Of a DNA stretch of 64,000 nt, positions 33,072-43,161 are shown in pieces (within the stretch, counting starts at the first letter, position 1; each line of letters begins with the position of its first letter). Source of the stretch: a virus; the UHGV virus genome UHGV-1376088; one strand, 5' to 3'. Both the position numbers and the translations under genes were made by a program. Below the pieces are notes generated by a model. That model did not search any database. It was given only the letters and a program-made list of their open reading frames with translations, and was not told the origin of the DNA.

Positions 33072-33644
33072 CTATACTGGTTCTGGTAATAAATATGGAG
33101 GGACGTTTGGTACGTATGCCTTTTCTAAAGGCGTAGATCTACGCTGATGGACATTAGAATCTCCTATAACGCCTGAACCTGATATAACTTTATTATCAAG
33201 GTTTGTTGTGGCGCCAGATGTATTCTGATATGCTTTAGGGATTTGTCCATCCCTCCATTTTAATTCTTTTGTTGGTTTAATTGATTCAAATTCTTGATTA
33301 ACGCCAGTGGTCGTTAATGTCCCCGTATCAGTAGGAGTTGGGACATTTGGCCCGCTAGGTCCCCATGCTGTAGGATGAACATGTGGTAATATCAAATGAG
33401 TATGCGGAGGGACCTGATGGGTATGTGCAGGAATCTTATGAGTATGAACATTTAAGTCTTTTTCAAATTGCTTCATTCTGTTCTCAACAGACTTTGCCCA
33501 GTTGATAACATCATCGACAAATGTCTTTATATCCTGGTTATTTGTAAAGTCAGATGAAGCATACTGAAAGATTCTCATGTATAACTCTGCACGCTGCTGG
33601 TCAACGATTGTATTTTGACTTTGTGATCCCCATAACTCAATCAT
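33072..33644 (-). CDS. 190-aa protein with a His-Thr-His-x-x-P repeat
   Basis: HTHKIPAHTHQVPPHTHLILPHVHP repeat. Confidence 0.45.
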   Translation of the reverse strand: MIELWGSQSQNTIVDQQRAELYMRIFQYASSDFTNNQDIKTFVDDVINWAKSVENRMKQFEKDLNVHTHKIPAHTHQVPPHTHLILPHVHPTAWGPSGPNVPTPTDTGTLTTTGVNQEFESIKPTKELKWRDGQIPKAYQNTSGATTNLDNKVISGSGVIGDSNVHQRRSTPLEKAYVPNVPPYLLPEPV

Positions 33645-33907
33645 TTAATTAACTCCGCAGCCTTAGCCTTACCGGCTCTCCTAACTATATCGACACACTG
33701 TGCAACCATTTCAAATGTGATTGATGCTTTACCGTCCTTGATTGCATCTTCGCCATAAAGATTCCGTATAGCTGTCATAACATCAGGATCGCGATCATTG
33801 GTCGCTGTAACTTTTACGTCCTTTAGTTTTCCTAGCAATTCAGACTTAGCAACAACAAGTTCTTCCAGTATTGAACTTACTTCTTTTACGGTAAAACTAG
33901 AACTCAT
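33641..33907 (-). CDS. 88-aa hypothetical protein
   Basis: ORF track; overlaps neighbours. Confidence 0.4.
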   Translation of the reverse strand: MSSSFTVKEVSSILEELVVAKSELLGKLKDVKVTATNDRDPDVMTAIRNLYGEDAIKDGKASITFEMVAQCVDIVRRAGKAKAAELIK

Positions 33908-34316
33908 ATGTCAGCTCCAATGGTGCATTCAATAGGGCATTGATTGGCCCTTTTGTCTTAATGTAGACATGAAACGGAATAAGTGAATATGGTTGTAATC
34001 CTTCAGAAATTTCGAGATTATTAAACGCGTCTATCTCAGAGAAGGAAGAAATTCCTGGGGCAGAGACCCCAGGTAAAATTTTAATGTCAAATAAGGATTC
34101 TAGCTCCTCACTTTTGACAATTTTAATATTGACCTTTTTGATAGAACCGTTCTTAATCACTAGCATTAGCTTGTGGATTACAGGGGATGTAGGATTTGTC
34201 CCCATCATATATCCAGAACCAATTTCTTTGATAACCTCTTCTATCGGGTCATAGTAGCATATACCGGCATCCGACAAAACGGTGCTATCAGTAATTCTGA
34301 TTAGATTGTAATCCAT
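33897..34316 (-). CDS. 139-aa hypothetical protein
   Basis: ORF track. Confidence 0.4.
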   Translation of the reverse strand: MDYNLIRITDSTVLSDAGICYYDPIEEVIKEIGSGYMMGTNPTSPVIHKLMLVIKNGSIKKVNIKIVKSEELESLFDIKILPGVSAPGISSFSEIDAFNNLEISEGLQPYSLIPFHVYIKTKGPINALLNAPLELTYEF

Positions 34317-34333
34317 AATTAGATTGATTCCTC

Positions 34334-36292
34334 TTATCTAGATCTTGACCTCATTGTAGTTCTATACCTATTCATAAATGTAGAGGCTGTCTCTCTGGAC
34401 AGTATTCCTCTATTGCCCATAGGTCCACCAGACATAGATGAGCGTCTACTTATTCCTGGTGCAACACGAACTGTACGATGATATTTTTCTTCGTTTGCAT
34501 ATGAGCGTTTTTCTATTTCATTCGAACCATTATACGCCTCGGAACCACGCTTTTCAAGTGGCAATATTGTAATATTAGAATAACGTCTAGTGTCTAGAAT
34601 CGAATTCTCGTTTAGTTGTAATCCCGCCAATGCAATCATAAACGCATCTAAATCATGGTCGCCTATTTCGCTATTTTTAGCCTCATAGACTTCTCTGCCA
34701 TTAGCTGCTCTGGATTTTACAATATAGTTTTTCATCTGCTCTACAATAGGTGCAGATATTGGGTCCTTGAATGCAAGTAGCCCTGTTTCCAATGCGCGTT
34801 TTGTTGTTTCGACTATAAAATTCTTGAAGTATTTTTTACGAATCTCACCAGTCATTACGTCCCGAAGTTCTAATGTTGATGAGAAGTTTACTGGTACTAC
34901 ATCTCTAAGCCTTAAGTCAGGATGATCTGCAGGAACCTTTCCGAACAGATTTACTGCAATAAGTTTTAGCTGTTGAACGTTAGCCTCGCCAAATCCCTCA
35001 TCGACATAAATATAGTCTGGCGTATATAAGCGGTTTAGTTCGACAATTTTGTCTATCGCCGCTACCTGTGTCCACCCTTCTCGTCTTACATTTGATAGGT
35101 TTGCTATGATAATTTTGCGCTCAATCTTATCGTATGCAATAACACAAATACGTGTACCTACTTTGTCGGCATTCCAGTCGCATCCAAGTGAGACTATGTA
35201 TCTATTCCTATTCGTAATGACATTGTGCAGAGATTCTGATGTTCCTATTAATGTACTCCTATTTACAAGGTCGGTATCAAAAACAGAGTTATCAGACAAA
35301 CCGAATTCTGCCATAATTTCTTGAATATATGCCATCATAGACAGTGAGTTTCTAAACTCTCTATCCATGTCGTCATTATAATGAGGAATACAGAATGATG
35401 GGAAATGGAACTCCTTATAGTCTTTTGAGTTTGCAAATTTATATAGCAATCCCTCGCCCATCGGTGTTGATGTACAGATAATTTCTGTATTGGGCTTATC
35501 CATAAGAATGGCCGTAATAGAGTCGAATGCTTCTTGTGTTAAGAAGTCGGCCTCGTCAATAATGATAAGGTGGGCACCTTGTCCACGTACAGCGTTCGCG
35601 TTATCGTTACCGGCTGTAAATGCTTTGAATGTTGATCCATTCTTCATCTGTATCTCTTGATACGGAGATGTAACAGATCTCTCCACCAAATCATCCCATG
35701 TACCTATTGTGGCACTTAATGATCGTAGAATCTTTTTAACTACACTTGTAAGTTCCTTTGCTTGTGAAAGAAACGGTGTAACCACTAGAATTTGGTAATT
35801 ACTATTCTGTACAAGTCTGTTTGCGATATCAATACCAAGGCCGTATGATTTACCGGATCGGCGTCCGCATCGGATTGCTTTTTTAGAGGCCGAGCACTGA
35901 ATTTGCATAGATTGATACCAGCGATTAACATATAAACGCTTTGTAGGGTCCGGCTGATTGACATCAATGTTCTTTTCGGCCCAGTATACTGGATTCATAG
36001 CTTGTTTAATTTCTTCAAGCTCGTCGCTGTTCATATTGGCCACTATATTCTGGTCAAGAACACTGATATCTTTGGGGCCCGAACATTTTATCGTTATTTC
36101 ACCGTACTTTTTAATTTGCTCTCTTTGGCAATTTCTGCACATATTGTTAATATCTGTGTCATAATTCTTATGCTTTAGATATTCTCTCCATGGCATCTCA
36201 TATAGCTGTATAAGTGACGACGTAGGCTTTTTATCCTCGATATCATCTATATCGCTTCTGATATGGTCGGTATTTTTATCTAAATCTTCCAT
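34334..36292 (-). CDS. terL: terminase large subunit
   Basis: Walker A CGRRSGKSYGLG; Walker B HLIIIDEADFL; C-terminal RNase H-like nuclease region with GDHDLDAFMIALAG; 652 aa. Confidence 0.85.
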   Translation of the reverse strand: MEDLDKNTDHIRSDIDDIEDKKPTSSLIQLYEMPWREYLKHKNYDTDINNMCRNCQREQIKKYGEITIKCSGPKDISVLDQNIVANMNSDELEEIKQAMNPVYWAEKNIDVNQPDPTKRLYVNRWYQSMQIQCSASKKAIRCGRRSGKSYGLGIDIANRLVQNSNYQILVVTPFLSQAKELTSVVKKILRSLSATIGTWDDLVERSVTSPYQEIQMKNGSTFKAFTAGNDNANAVRGQGAHLIIIDEADFLTQEAFDSITAILMDKPNTEIICTSTPMGEGLLYKFANSKDYKEFHFPSFCIPHYNDDMDREFRNSLSMMAYIQEIMAEFGLSDNSVFDTDLVNRSTLIGTSESLHNVITNRNRYIVSLGCDWNADKVGTRICVIAYDKIERKIIIANLSNVRREGWTQVAAIDKIVELNRLYTPDYIYVDEGFGEANVQQLKLIAVNLFGKVPADHPDLRLRDVVPVNFSSTLELRDVMTGEIRKKYFKNFIVETTKRALETGLLAFKDPISAPIVEQMKNYIVKSRAANGREVYEAKNSEIGDHDLDAFMIALAGLQLNENSILDTRRYSNITILPLEKRGSEAYNGSNEIEKRSYANEEKYHRTVRVAPGISRRSSMSGGPMGNRGILSRETASTFMNRYRTTMRSRSR

Positions 36293-37413
36293 TAGAAAAT
36301 GCCCTTCAAAATTGCTGCTTCATTTCCGAGAATGTAGCCCTTATCATTCAGTGATGATTTTGATAGTTTAGCAAATGCTCTCTGTCTACTGGTTGCAAGT
36401 TGTGCAGTGTTAACCGAAGTATTGCCAGTAGTTGGCGAGAATAGAGAATTCCTTATTTGCAGGATTCTATTATCCCTGTCTGCCATGCTTTTTGCTAAGC
36501 CGACTACCGCGTCAGTAGCGAGCATTAGGCCTCCACCGACAACAAGTCCACCCATGGTACCTGTTGCTAGTTTTGCGGCACCCCTAATTCTTCCTGCTGC
36601 ACCAAGTGCTTCTCCTGCTGTTCCTCGTCCAATCTTGCCTATAATTGGAGCGCCTTTTAGAAGAGATGTTCCTGCGTGTGTCAATTCTTTGCCAACACGG
36701 AATCCATATGTTCCCAATGCAAGGGATGCGGCCATACCTGCTACAGATGTTGCGGCGTTGTCTGTAATTGTGGATTCTTTATTCCCGAAAATATAGTCAG
36801 ATGCCTCTGATAATGCAAACATGCCGCCTATTGTAGGGGCAAGTCCTGCAAATAACTTATCTGAGGCTTTTGTTGCTGAAGATGCGATAATTGATTTCTG
36901 ATGCTTTGTCATTAAGCCGACAGAGTTCATTAAGTCATCTCGTAATCCATATCCAGTTATGAATTTTCTAGCTCTACCAAGATGGTCCATCGCCCCTGCT
37001 GTTGCAAATGATTCATAGCTGTTAAATGCGTATATATTATTTATCCCGCCGCCCCTTATAGGCTGTGTGGAATTGTATTTACTGGACCCTGGAGCTGCAC
37101 CAAAGATACGCTCTGCTGCTGTTCTATTTCTAGAGTTGGTTATAGCTTCTGCTTTTAGCGCAGTATTTATAGATCCCTTAGAAAGTGGGTCTGTTCCATC
37201 CAGCATCTTTTTGACATCCATATAGCCCTCGTTTGCATTTTTATAATGCAAATTCGTAGACCATTTTATAGGATGATTATGCCCGAGACTATTCTCGAAT
37301 AAGCGTTTAGATGTCCTAATAGTATTTTTCTCTCTAGTTTTACTATTGCTAAAAAGGCCATCTTTTGATTCTAATCGTATTTGGTCCCAAAGCTGAGCCT
37401 TATCAATACTCAT
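36292..37413 (-). CDS. 373-aa protein with a glycine-zipper-rich C-terminal half
   Basis: G/A-rich GxxxG-type tracts (GLAPTIGGMFA...GTAGEALGAAGRIRGAAKLATGTMGGLVVGGGLMLA), similar in character to the two Gly-rich proteins at 44.8-46.0 kb. Confidence 0.5.
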   Translation of the reverse strand: MSIDKAQLWDQIRLESKDGLFSNSKTREKNTIRTSKRLFENSLGHNHPIKWSTNLHYKNANEGYMDVKKMLDGTDPLSKGSINTALKAEAITNSRNRTAAERIFGAAPGSSKYNSTQPIRGGGINNIYAFNSYESFATAGAMDHLGRARKFITGYGLRDDLMNSVGLMTKHQKSIIASSATKASDKLFAGLAPTIGGMFALSEASDYIFGNKESTITDNAATSVAGMAASLALGTYGFRVGKELTHAGTSLLKGAPIIGKIGRGTAGEALGAAGRIRGAAKLATGTMGGLVVGGGLMLATDAVVGLAKSMADRDNRILQIRNSLFSPTTGNTSVNTAQLATSRQRAFAKLSKSSLNDKGYILGNEAAILKGIF

Positions 37414-39091
37414 GCGCTCTCCTTGACTCCCTATATTGAGCCTCCATATATCCAGCTGGAATTGCCATAGAATAATCTAATGCGTCGAACTTATTGAATG
37501 TGGGGTCATTGTACTGTTTGAAATCTAATGCTTCTTGTCTAGATTTCAGTTTCTTAACCCTCATATCATCATCAAATGAGTCTCCCATCATGTATAGCAA
37601 TCCGCCGGCGGCGGCTAGTCCAACTGCGGGTATACCAACCCTATGATTTTCTGGAAGGATCGATTTTAATATTTCGTTACTATTTCTAACTTTTTTATAT
37701 GTATCTCGTGCAAATCCAGAGAGCGTTTGTTCTGTTCCTGAAGAAACATTGTATCTGCGTATCTTTAATAGCTCTTCATCTGTTAGCTTCTGCCCGTTAA
37801 GCACTTTATCTAGAATCTCAGTGTTCTCTGAATTCAATAAGCCTATTTTAAAAGTAGTATCTGGATTTCTAAGTAAGTCTTGTGCAACCTCTGGATTTCC
37901 CTGGGCCATCTTGACGATTCTTTCAAGCTCTGCATAAGACTGAGTGTTACCATATCTTTCTTTAGACATTGCTAAGAAATTAGCCAATCCTCTCTCATTG
38001 GAGATATCTCTTGTAAACCTTGGAACATCTATATGTCCTGTTTCTCCAGTTATAGAGTTTATAAATGGCACTTGGGCAGTATCGACTCTTTGCTTAGAAT
38101 CCCACGCTCCAAATTCTTTAAACTTCTCTATATTCGAAGTTATTGATTTTGCTGCCTGCATCTCTCTTAGTAGACCTGATGCAGTCTTCATCTTATTAAA
38201 GATACCGGTGCTCTCTTCGGAGATATTTCCGGAAATCAATTCCTCACGCAGAGCTGTGATTTTGTCAAAAAGCCTTATTTGTTGTCTTGCATCGGACAAT
38301 GCGCCGTGGGTTTCTTTTTCGCCTAAGAATAGTTTTGCAAGGAAGTCTACATTATGGCCCATATCCTTGTATATTTCTGGTATATGTCCCTGTGCAGCAG
38401 CCTTAACAAATGTTGCTTTAGTGAAATCCATAAGATCTGCAGCATAGAACATTGGCAATCCGCCTTTAACCGCTCTCTCTGCGTCATATTTCATCACAGA
38501 GGCGTCTACTTTCTTGTAGGCATCAATTACCTTGTCCATGGCTGAATCTAAATCTGAGAGCGTTTTAGCGTCCTTTGCGGCGGCCCTAGCTTTTACAACT
38601 TCAGACGGTGAATACAATTTGGTTTGACCATCTGGTGACCGTTCATACATCTGGCTCATAAGCCTTGATGATGATGACCCATCTAGGCTTGCATAAAATG
38701 CTCGTTCAAACCCTAAGTTCTGAACAAGGACCATTCCTGAATTTCCGAATGTCAGACTATTGTCCAGATGCTTAAGTATTGCCCTGTCTGAAGCTTCAAA
38801 TAGTAGCTCTGCTGATGACGGTTTCTTTTTACCGGAGATATATGTTTGCCACTCTTGGTTTTGTGCATAGAACCCTCTTTTATTTAGGGCTATTTTCTCA
38901 GCCTCTAATTGTTCTCTTGAGGGATTAAATATAGCTTCTGATCCATCGCTTCTTGTTGCCAAACCAACGGACCATATCCTTGCTTTGTGTCTAGCCTTAA
39001 CAACGCCATCTCTAACATCCTTAATTCTTTCCTCTGGATTTGTAGAAGTTGTTTCGAAGTCAAGGGAGATGACATTGCTAAACGGTTTCAT
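37403..39091 (-). CDS. 562-aa protein with an N-terminal DnaQ-like (DEDDh) 3'-5' exonuclease domain
   Basis: Exo I motif SLDFETT; Exo III motif HGALSDARQQI (H-x4-D); possible Exo II QNLGFERAF. Confidence 0.6.
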   Translation of the reverse strand: MKPFSNVISLDFETTSTNPEERIKDVRDGVVKARHKARIWSVGLATRSDGSEAIFNPSREQLEAEKIALNKRGFYAQNQEWQTYISGKKKPSSAELLFEASDRAILKHLDNSLTFGNSGMVLVQNLGFERAFYASLDGSSSSRLMSQMYERSPDGQTKLYSPSEVVKARAAAKDAKTLSDLDSAMDKVIDAYKKVDASVMKYDAERAVKGGLPMFYAADLMDFTKATFVKAAAQGHIPEIYKDMGHNVDFLAKLFLGEKETHGALSDARQQIRLFDKITALREELISGNISEESTGIFNKMKTASGLLREMQAAKSITSNIEKFKEFGAWDSKQRVDTAQVPFINSITGETGHIDVPRFTRDISNERGLANFLAMSKERYGNTQSYAELERIVKMAQGNPEVAQDLLRNPDTTFKIGLLNSENTEILDKVLNGQKLTDEELLKIRRYNVSSGTEQTLSGFARDTYKKVRNSNEILKSILPENHRVGIPAVGLAAAGGLLYMMGDSFDDDMRVKKLKSRQEALDFKQYNDPTFNKFDALDYSMAIPAGYMEAQYRESRRAHEY

Positions 39092-39603
39092 CCTATTTCC
39101 TTAAGTAATTTGCGGTAATCGCCATCTTTTTCGAATATCTCTTTTTCTGTGATAAATCTATATTTTGCATTGATCTTATTTTCTTTTAAAAATACAACTG
39201 CGGCTCTAGCTTTTAGTTGTACATTTATTGCCTTTTTGGCAGACGAAGGTTTTATTTCGCATAGTTCTAATCTTCCATCTGAGTATAAGACCAATGCGTC
39301 GGGGATGTAATTCCTTCTTAGCCCGGAATTGTCTGTATATGGTATCTTCATTGGCTCTACGATGTATTTTATAACACTGCTATCAGTGTCCATTCCTTTG
39401 TAGAATGCATACTCGTATAGGCTTCTATATTCGATATCCTTGCCAGCCTTAGTGGAGAAATACTTCCCTGAGCGATATCGCTTACCCTTATTGAAGTAAG
39501 CGCCATTATTTTTTATATGCTCTTCTTTTGTATGTCTGGACTTTTGTATACGTGGAGATTTATTGCGCTTAGGCTTACCACGAATCCTTTTTGAAGCTGT
39601 CAT
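39088..39603 (-). CDS. 171-aa PD-(D/E)XK-type nuclease-like protein with a basic N-terminus
   Basis: IPDALVLYSDGRLELCEIKP fits D...(D/E)xK; Lys/Arg-rich N-terminal 40 aa. Confidence 0.45.
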   Translation of the reverse strand: MTASKRIRGKPKRNKSPRIQKSRHTKEEHIKNNGAYFNKGKRYRSGKYFSTKAGKDIEYRSLYEYAFYKGMDTDSSVIKYIVEPMKIPYTDNSGLRRNYIPDALVLYSDGRLELCEIKPSSAKKAINVQLKARAAVVFLKENKINAKYRFITEKEIFEKDGDYRKLLKEIG

Positions 39604-40928
39604 TTATTTGAACCATCTATTACGGACTGGTCGATAGATTTATCGACATATTTGCCACGTGTTGCGGCAGTTAACATATCAAGCTTATCTTTAAGTGACT
39701 GGCTACCGCTTCCCATACTTGCACCAGATGCTTGTACAGCGATCTTGGCTCGCTCTTTTCTTGTTGCCATCAGAGATTCTAATAATTTACTTCTTCTGTT
39801 TTTCAGTTTCTCTTTGATATTGAGATATCTTGATATGTCGTCTCTGGCGATCATATTGCCACCAGCATCGAATCCCATTAAATCTTCTTGGCTGAAATCT
39901 TGATGTGTTAATGATAGGATCTGAGTAACCCTTCTTTCATACAAGTCTATTTCAGCGAGTTCTGCAACCATTTGCATTTCTGTTGGGCTATCTGGCTGAA
40001 CGTTGAACTCTTCGAAGTATCTTTCTGTTTGGCTACGCAGATAGTCTTGCTCATAAATACATGGGGCACCTACTGGTGCCTTATTCATCTTGTAAAGCTG
40101 ACAGTTGTGGACCAATAGTCCTTCGGCAAAGAAATTGGAGTTTTTAAATACCTGGATGTCGTATACTGGGAGGACACCAACAACATCTATTGATTCAATT
40201 TTAGTAATTAAACAGTCCCCATATGAGTTGTCTTCTTCACTAAATAGGTCTTCGTATACTAGTTTACTTCCGATTGTAAGACCGTCATCAATAGATAGGA
40301 ATTTAAATTTAGAACCTCTTCCTTTTATAGCAAAGAACTGATGGTCTGACGTTGCCTTAATGCAATGGCCGTCTATGGTTCTAATTTCGTAAACTGTCTT
40401 CTCGCCGACATAGGCTGTGGCATATACCATGTCATGCTCAATACGTTTCGTCTTCGTATTGAATGATATGATTTTATCTCCGCTTTTAATTCGGTCTATT
40501 CTTACTTGTTTTCCATCGTGCATGGAGACCATGGAGTCTCCAGTTAGGCATGTCTCTTTTACCTTACAGTTTGAACCCCTACAAATCATTGGGGAGTATG
40601 TTGATATACCACCATCGGTTGATCGTCTCAAACTAGTGCTGAATGCTAACGCTTCATCTTCTGTTAGTACAATGTTTTCATACAGCTTGTCGTCTAATGA
40701 TAACGCATCTAGGTATCTAGCTCTCGTGATCTTATTATCAACAACTTTGATTCCTCTTGATGAAAACAAAATTGGAATAGATTTTGATTTAGTTTCTTGT
40801 ATCATTGAAACTGTTTTTTCAACTTCTGTTTTTGTCTTGGTTTTCTCTTTTTCTCTCATTTCATGAGCAGAGATTATACCTGCAGACAAATCGAACATTT
40901 CTTGTATTTCTTTATTTGGAATAGCCAT
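39600..40928 (-). CDS. 442-aa intein-containing protein (extein about 293 aa; possibly small terminase or another packaging-module protein)
   Basis: First gene of the late operon; Cys-rich extein junction (CRGSNCKVKET/CQLYKMNKAPVGAPC); contains a 149-aa mini-intein. Confidence 0.6.
   Translation of the reverse strand: MAIPNKEIQEMFDLSAGIISAHEMREKEKTKTKTEVEKTVSMIQETKSKSIPILFSSRGIKVVDNKITRARYLDALSLDDKLYENIVLTEDEALAFSTSLRRSTDGGISTYSPMICRGSNCKVKETCLTGDSMVSMHDGKQVRIDRIKSGDKIISFNTKTKRIEHDMVYATAYVGEKTVYEIRTIDGHCIKATSDHQFFAIKGRGSKFKFLSIDDGLTIGSKLVYEDLFSEEDNSYGDCLITKIESIDVVGVLPVYDIQVFKNSNFFAEGLLVHNCQLYKMNKAPVGAPCIYEQDYLRSQTERYFEEFNVQPDSPTEMQMVAELAEIDLYERRVTQILSLTHQDFSQEDLMGFDAGGNMIARDDISRYLNIKEKLKNRRSKLLESLMATRKERAKIAVQASGASMGSGSQSLKDKLDMLTAATRGKYVDKSIDQSVIDGSNK
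40104..40550 (-). mobile_element. mini-intein (Hint domain, no homing endonuclease) inside the 442-aa gene
   Basis: N-terminal Cys (CLTGDSMV, block A); TxxH block B (ATSDHQF); C-terminal LLVHN followed by the +1 Cys. The 149 residues are removed in-frame. Confidence 0.7.
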
Positions 40929-41244
40929 TAACTAATTATCCTGAGTCAAATTATTATTATTATATTCTTACCATGCTATACTTAAATAAACAGAACGGAA
41001 ATATATGCAGGTAGTAGTCTCGTATAATCTAGGTAGAATTCAAATTTCTATTTTACTATCGAATAATTTAGTATAGGCTAAATCATGGTCATAGGCAATA
41101 ACCGGATATATGACCCTAGAAGCTAACTCTGGTAGTGTAACCACGATTTAGCAGAACATCTCTAAAAAGCTTCCATAGTATACTTCCAATACAGGAAGCA
41201 GTAAATATTATTTGCTTAAGTAAGTTTCTTTTGCAAATAAAACA

Positions 41245-41267
41245 GGAGGTAGCACCAAGCTACCTCC
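41245..41267. other. perfect 9-bp hairpin GGAGGTAGC-accaa-GCTACCTCC in the 1.3-kb control region
   Basis: Inverted repeat seen directly in the sequence. Confidence 0.5.
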
Positions 41268-41485
41268 AAGTATTATCTAATTAATTGTAGACTACAACAA
41301 GCTTAAGTAAGTATCCTAAGCTTATGTTCGTTTCCTCTATTGGTAACTTAGGGCTGCGGTAGCAGCCTATGTATTATCTACATTACTTATGATTATATTT
41401 TCTTGTATTGAAGGGCCGGGGCCGCGTGACAGCGGCCATCTATTATAGACTGAATTTATTTTATTTTAGATAAATAATAGATACA

Positions 41486-41497
41486 GTTAGGCCTAAC
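41486..41497. repeat. perfect 12-bp palindrome GTTAGGCCTAAC
   Basis: Self-complementary; candidate protein-binding site in the divergent region. Confidence 0.4.
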
Positions 41498-42164
41498 CAA
41501 AACAAGCGGCTTGATAAATATAACCCGATCTAGCCATGTTGTATAACGTAGATGTCTTACTGATATAACTCTAATTGTAAGAGAGCTATATCCTAGGCTT
41601 TTTCTTTACCCATCTTGACCCTCCATGGAAACCACGGACCGTTAATACTTCCATTTGTAGTCATGCTATTTAGCATCATCTTGTAGCTCAATATGCTATC
41701 TCTACAAGACCAGAGATGTTTCATCTTCCCATGTGGCCGATTAGTATCGGTTACAATCCACTGCATAACAGGAAATTTATTTATACTCGCCACCTCTCGT
41801 ATTGCTTTGATATTTCAGGGAGTTTACGCTACTTCAACAACGAGTTTTCGATCGACTCCTTCGGTTAGGCTTGCCCACATCTAGGAGTTTCATTACTGCT
41901 TCGTCCGACCTCGCCTCTCGAGGTTATTTAGATTTTCATCTAAGACTAGTTCACAGTAAGATGATGTCTCTTGAAGGCCGGATGCCGTAGATTATCCCGA
42001 CTCAGCTTGTCCAGTCATCAACATCATGACCGTTATTATACGGATTTTTGACACAAATGTCAAGAACTATTTTAAAAATTTACATTCAAAAATTAGTATG
42101 GTGTACATATATTTTATATTTTTATAAGTGCTTGATTACAAACAGAATAAAGATTGTAAAAAAC

Positions 42165-42193
42165 TTGACTTTTATACCGTTTTAGCGTATAAT
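42165..42193 (+). promoter_or_regulatory. near-consensus sigma70 promoter (TTGACT, 17-nt spacer, TATAAT) for the 283-aa gene
   Basis: -35 TTGACT at 42165-42170, 17-nt spacer, -10 TATAAT at 42188-42193. It is flanked upstream by the inverted repeat TTACAA...TTGTAA. The ATG lies 80 nt downstream. Confidence 0.7.
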
Positions 42194-42272
42194 ACAATCT
42201 CTATGTGTGAGGGGACACACTTAAAATATTTCTAATAAAAATAACAATAAAAGAATATAGGATTACAACAAT

Positions 42273-43124
42273 ATGAGCAAAAGCGAATTTCTTCAAGACC
42301 AATTTTTCCAATCTCAACCTGAGCGTATAACTTATTACAACCTTGGTTCAACATGTGCTATGTGCCTTACTCCACGTGTGGCTTATAATGACGCCACCGG
42401 CGTTCGTGATGTATGGGCATCAAACGAAACCGTAAGCAACGAAGTTGGCCGTATCTTTTACGAACAGAAAATGCGCAACCCTCTGTTCTCATGCAACGAG
42501 GTTAATATTTACCCATTGATCTACATGGTAAATAGAGAAGAGAGAACCTCAATGCGCGGCATTGAAGAATTAGAGAACAAATACTTCCTAAGCGCCGCTA
42601 TTATTGAATACCCAGTATATCGATACACATACAAGCAGCCTTATGATGAGCTTAAAGATAAACCGATCCCAGAGCTTCGTAAATTGGCAACCGGCGAATA
42701 CAGAACTAATTATACTGCCGTTATAGAACAAAGCCTAGATGGGTATATTGTTCCACCGAAAGAACTAGTAGCAATGCTGATCAATACAGCTATTAACTAC
42801 AATAGAGGCATTAAGTGGGTTCCACACAAAGACATTAGAATCAACTTGTGTATGCCTAAATCTCTAATTGCTGAGATAGAAGACCATCTGAAGGATGGCG
42901 AAGTTAATCCTTACGGAACACCTACCGGCGTAATGGAATTTCTTGCAGCAGAGTTCGGCGAAGATTCTATCAAAGACCTAGAAAACAAGTTCTCTAAATC
43001 GAATCTGGTAATCAAAGAGATTGATGATTCAACCGATTCAAGAATGGTTAAAAATCTCCCATTGGTTTATAGAGAAGTGATGGATTCCTTCTCAACATCA
43101 TTTAGATCAAATCCAATTAGTTAA
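42273..43124 (+). CDS. 283-aa early protein of unknown function
   Basis: ORF track; driven by the consensus host-type promoter; ends at a bidirectional terminator. Confidence 0.6.
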   Translation: MSKSEFLQDQFFQSQPERITYYNLGSTCAMCLTPRVAYNDATGVRDVWASNETVSNEVGRIFYEQKMRNPLFSCNEVNIYPLIYMVNREERTSMRGIEELENKYFLSAAIIEYPVYRYTYKQPYDELKDKPIPELRKLATGEYRTNYTAVIEQSLDGYIVPPKELVAMLINTAINYNRGIKWVPHKDIRINLCMPKSLIAEIEDHLKDGEVNPYGTPTGVMEFLAAEFGEDSIKDLENKFSKSNLVIKEIDDSTDSRMVKNLPLVYREVMDSFSTSFRSNPIS

Positions 43125-43129
43125 AATAA

Positions 43130-43157
43130 AAGCTCCAGGTTTTATACCCTGGAGCTT
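43130..43157. terminator. bidirectional rho-independent terminator between convergent genes
   Basis: Perfect 10-bp stem AAGCTCCAGG-ttttatac-CCTGGAGCTT, flanked by TTAAAATAAA on the left and GTTTTTAT on the right. Confidence 0.8.
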
Positions 43158-43161
43158 GTTT

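Noticed and set aside
41593-41884. 66-aa minus-strand and 63-aa + strand ORFs in the 1.3-kb control region
   Set aside because: They overlap each other, have no SD, and the region is hairpin-rich; noncoding is more likely.
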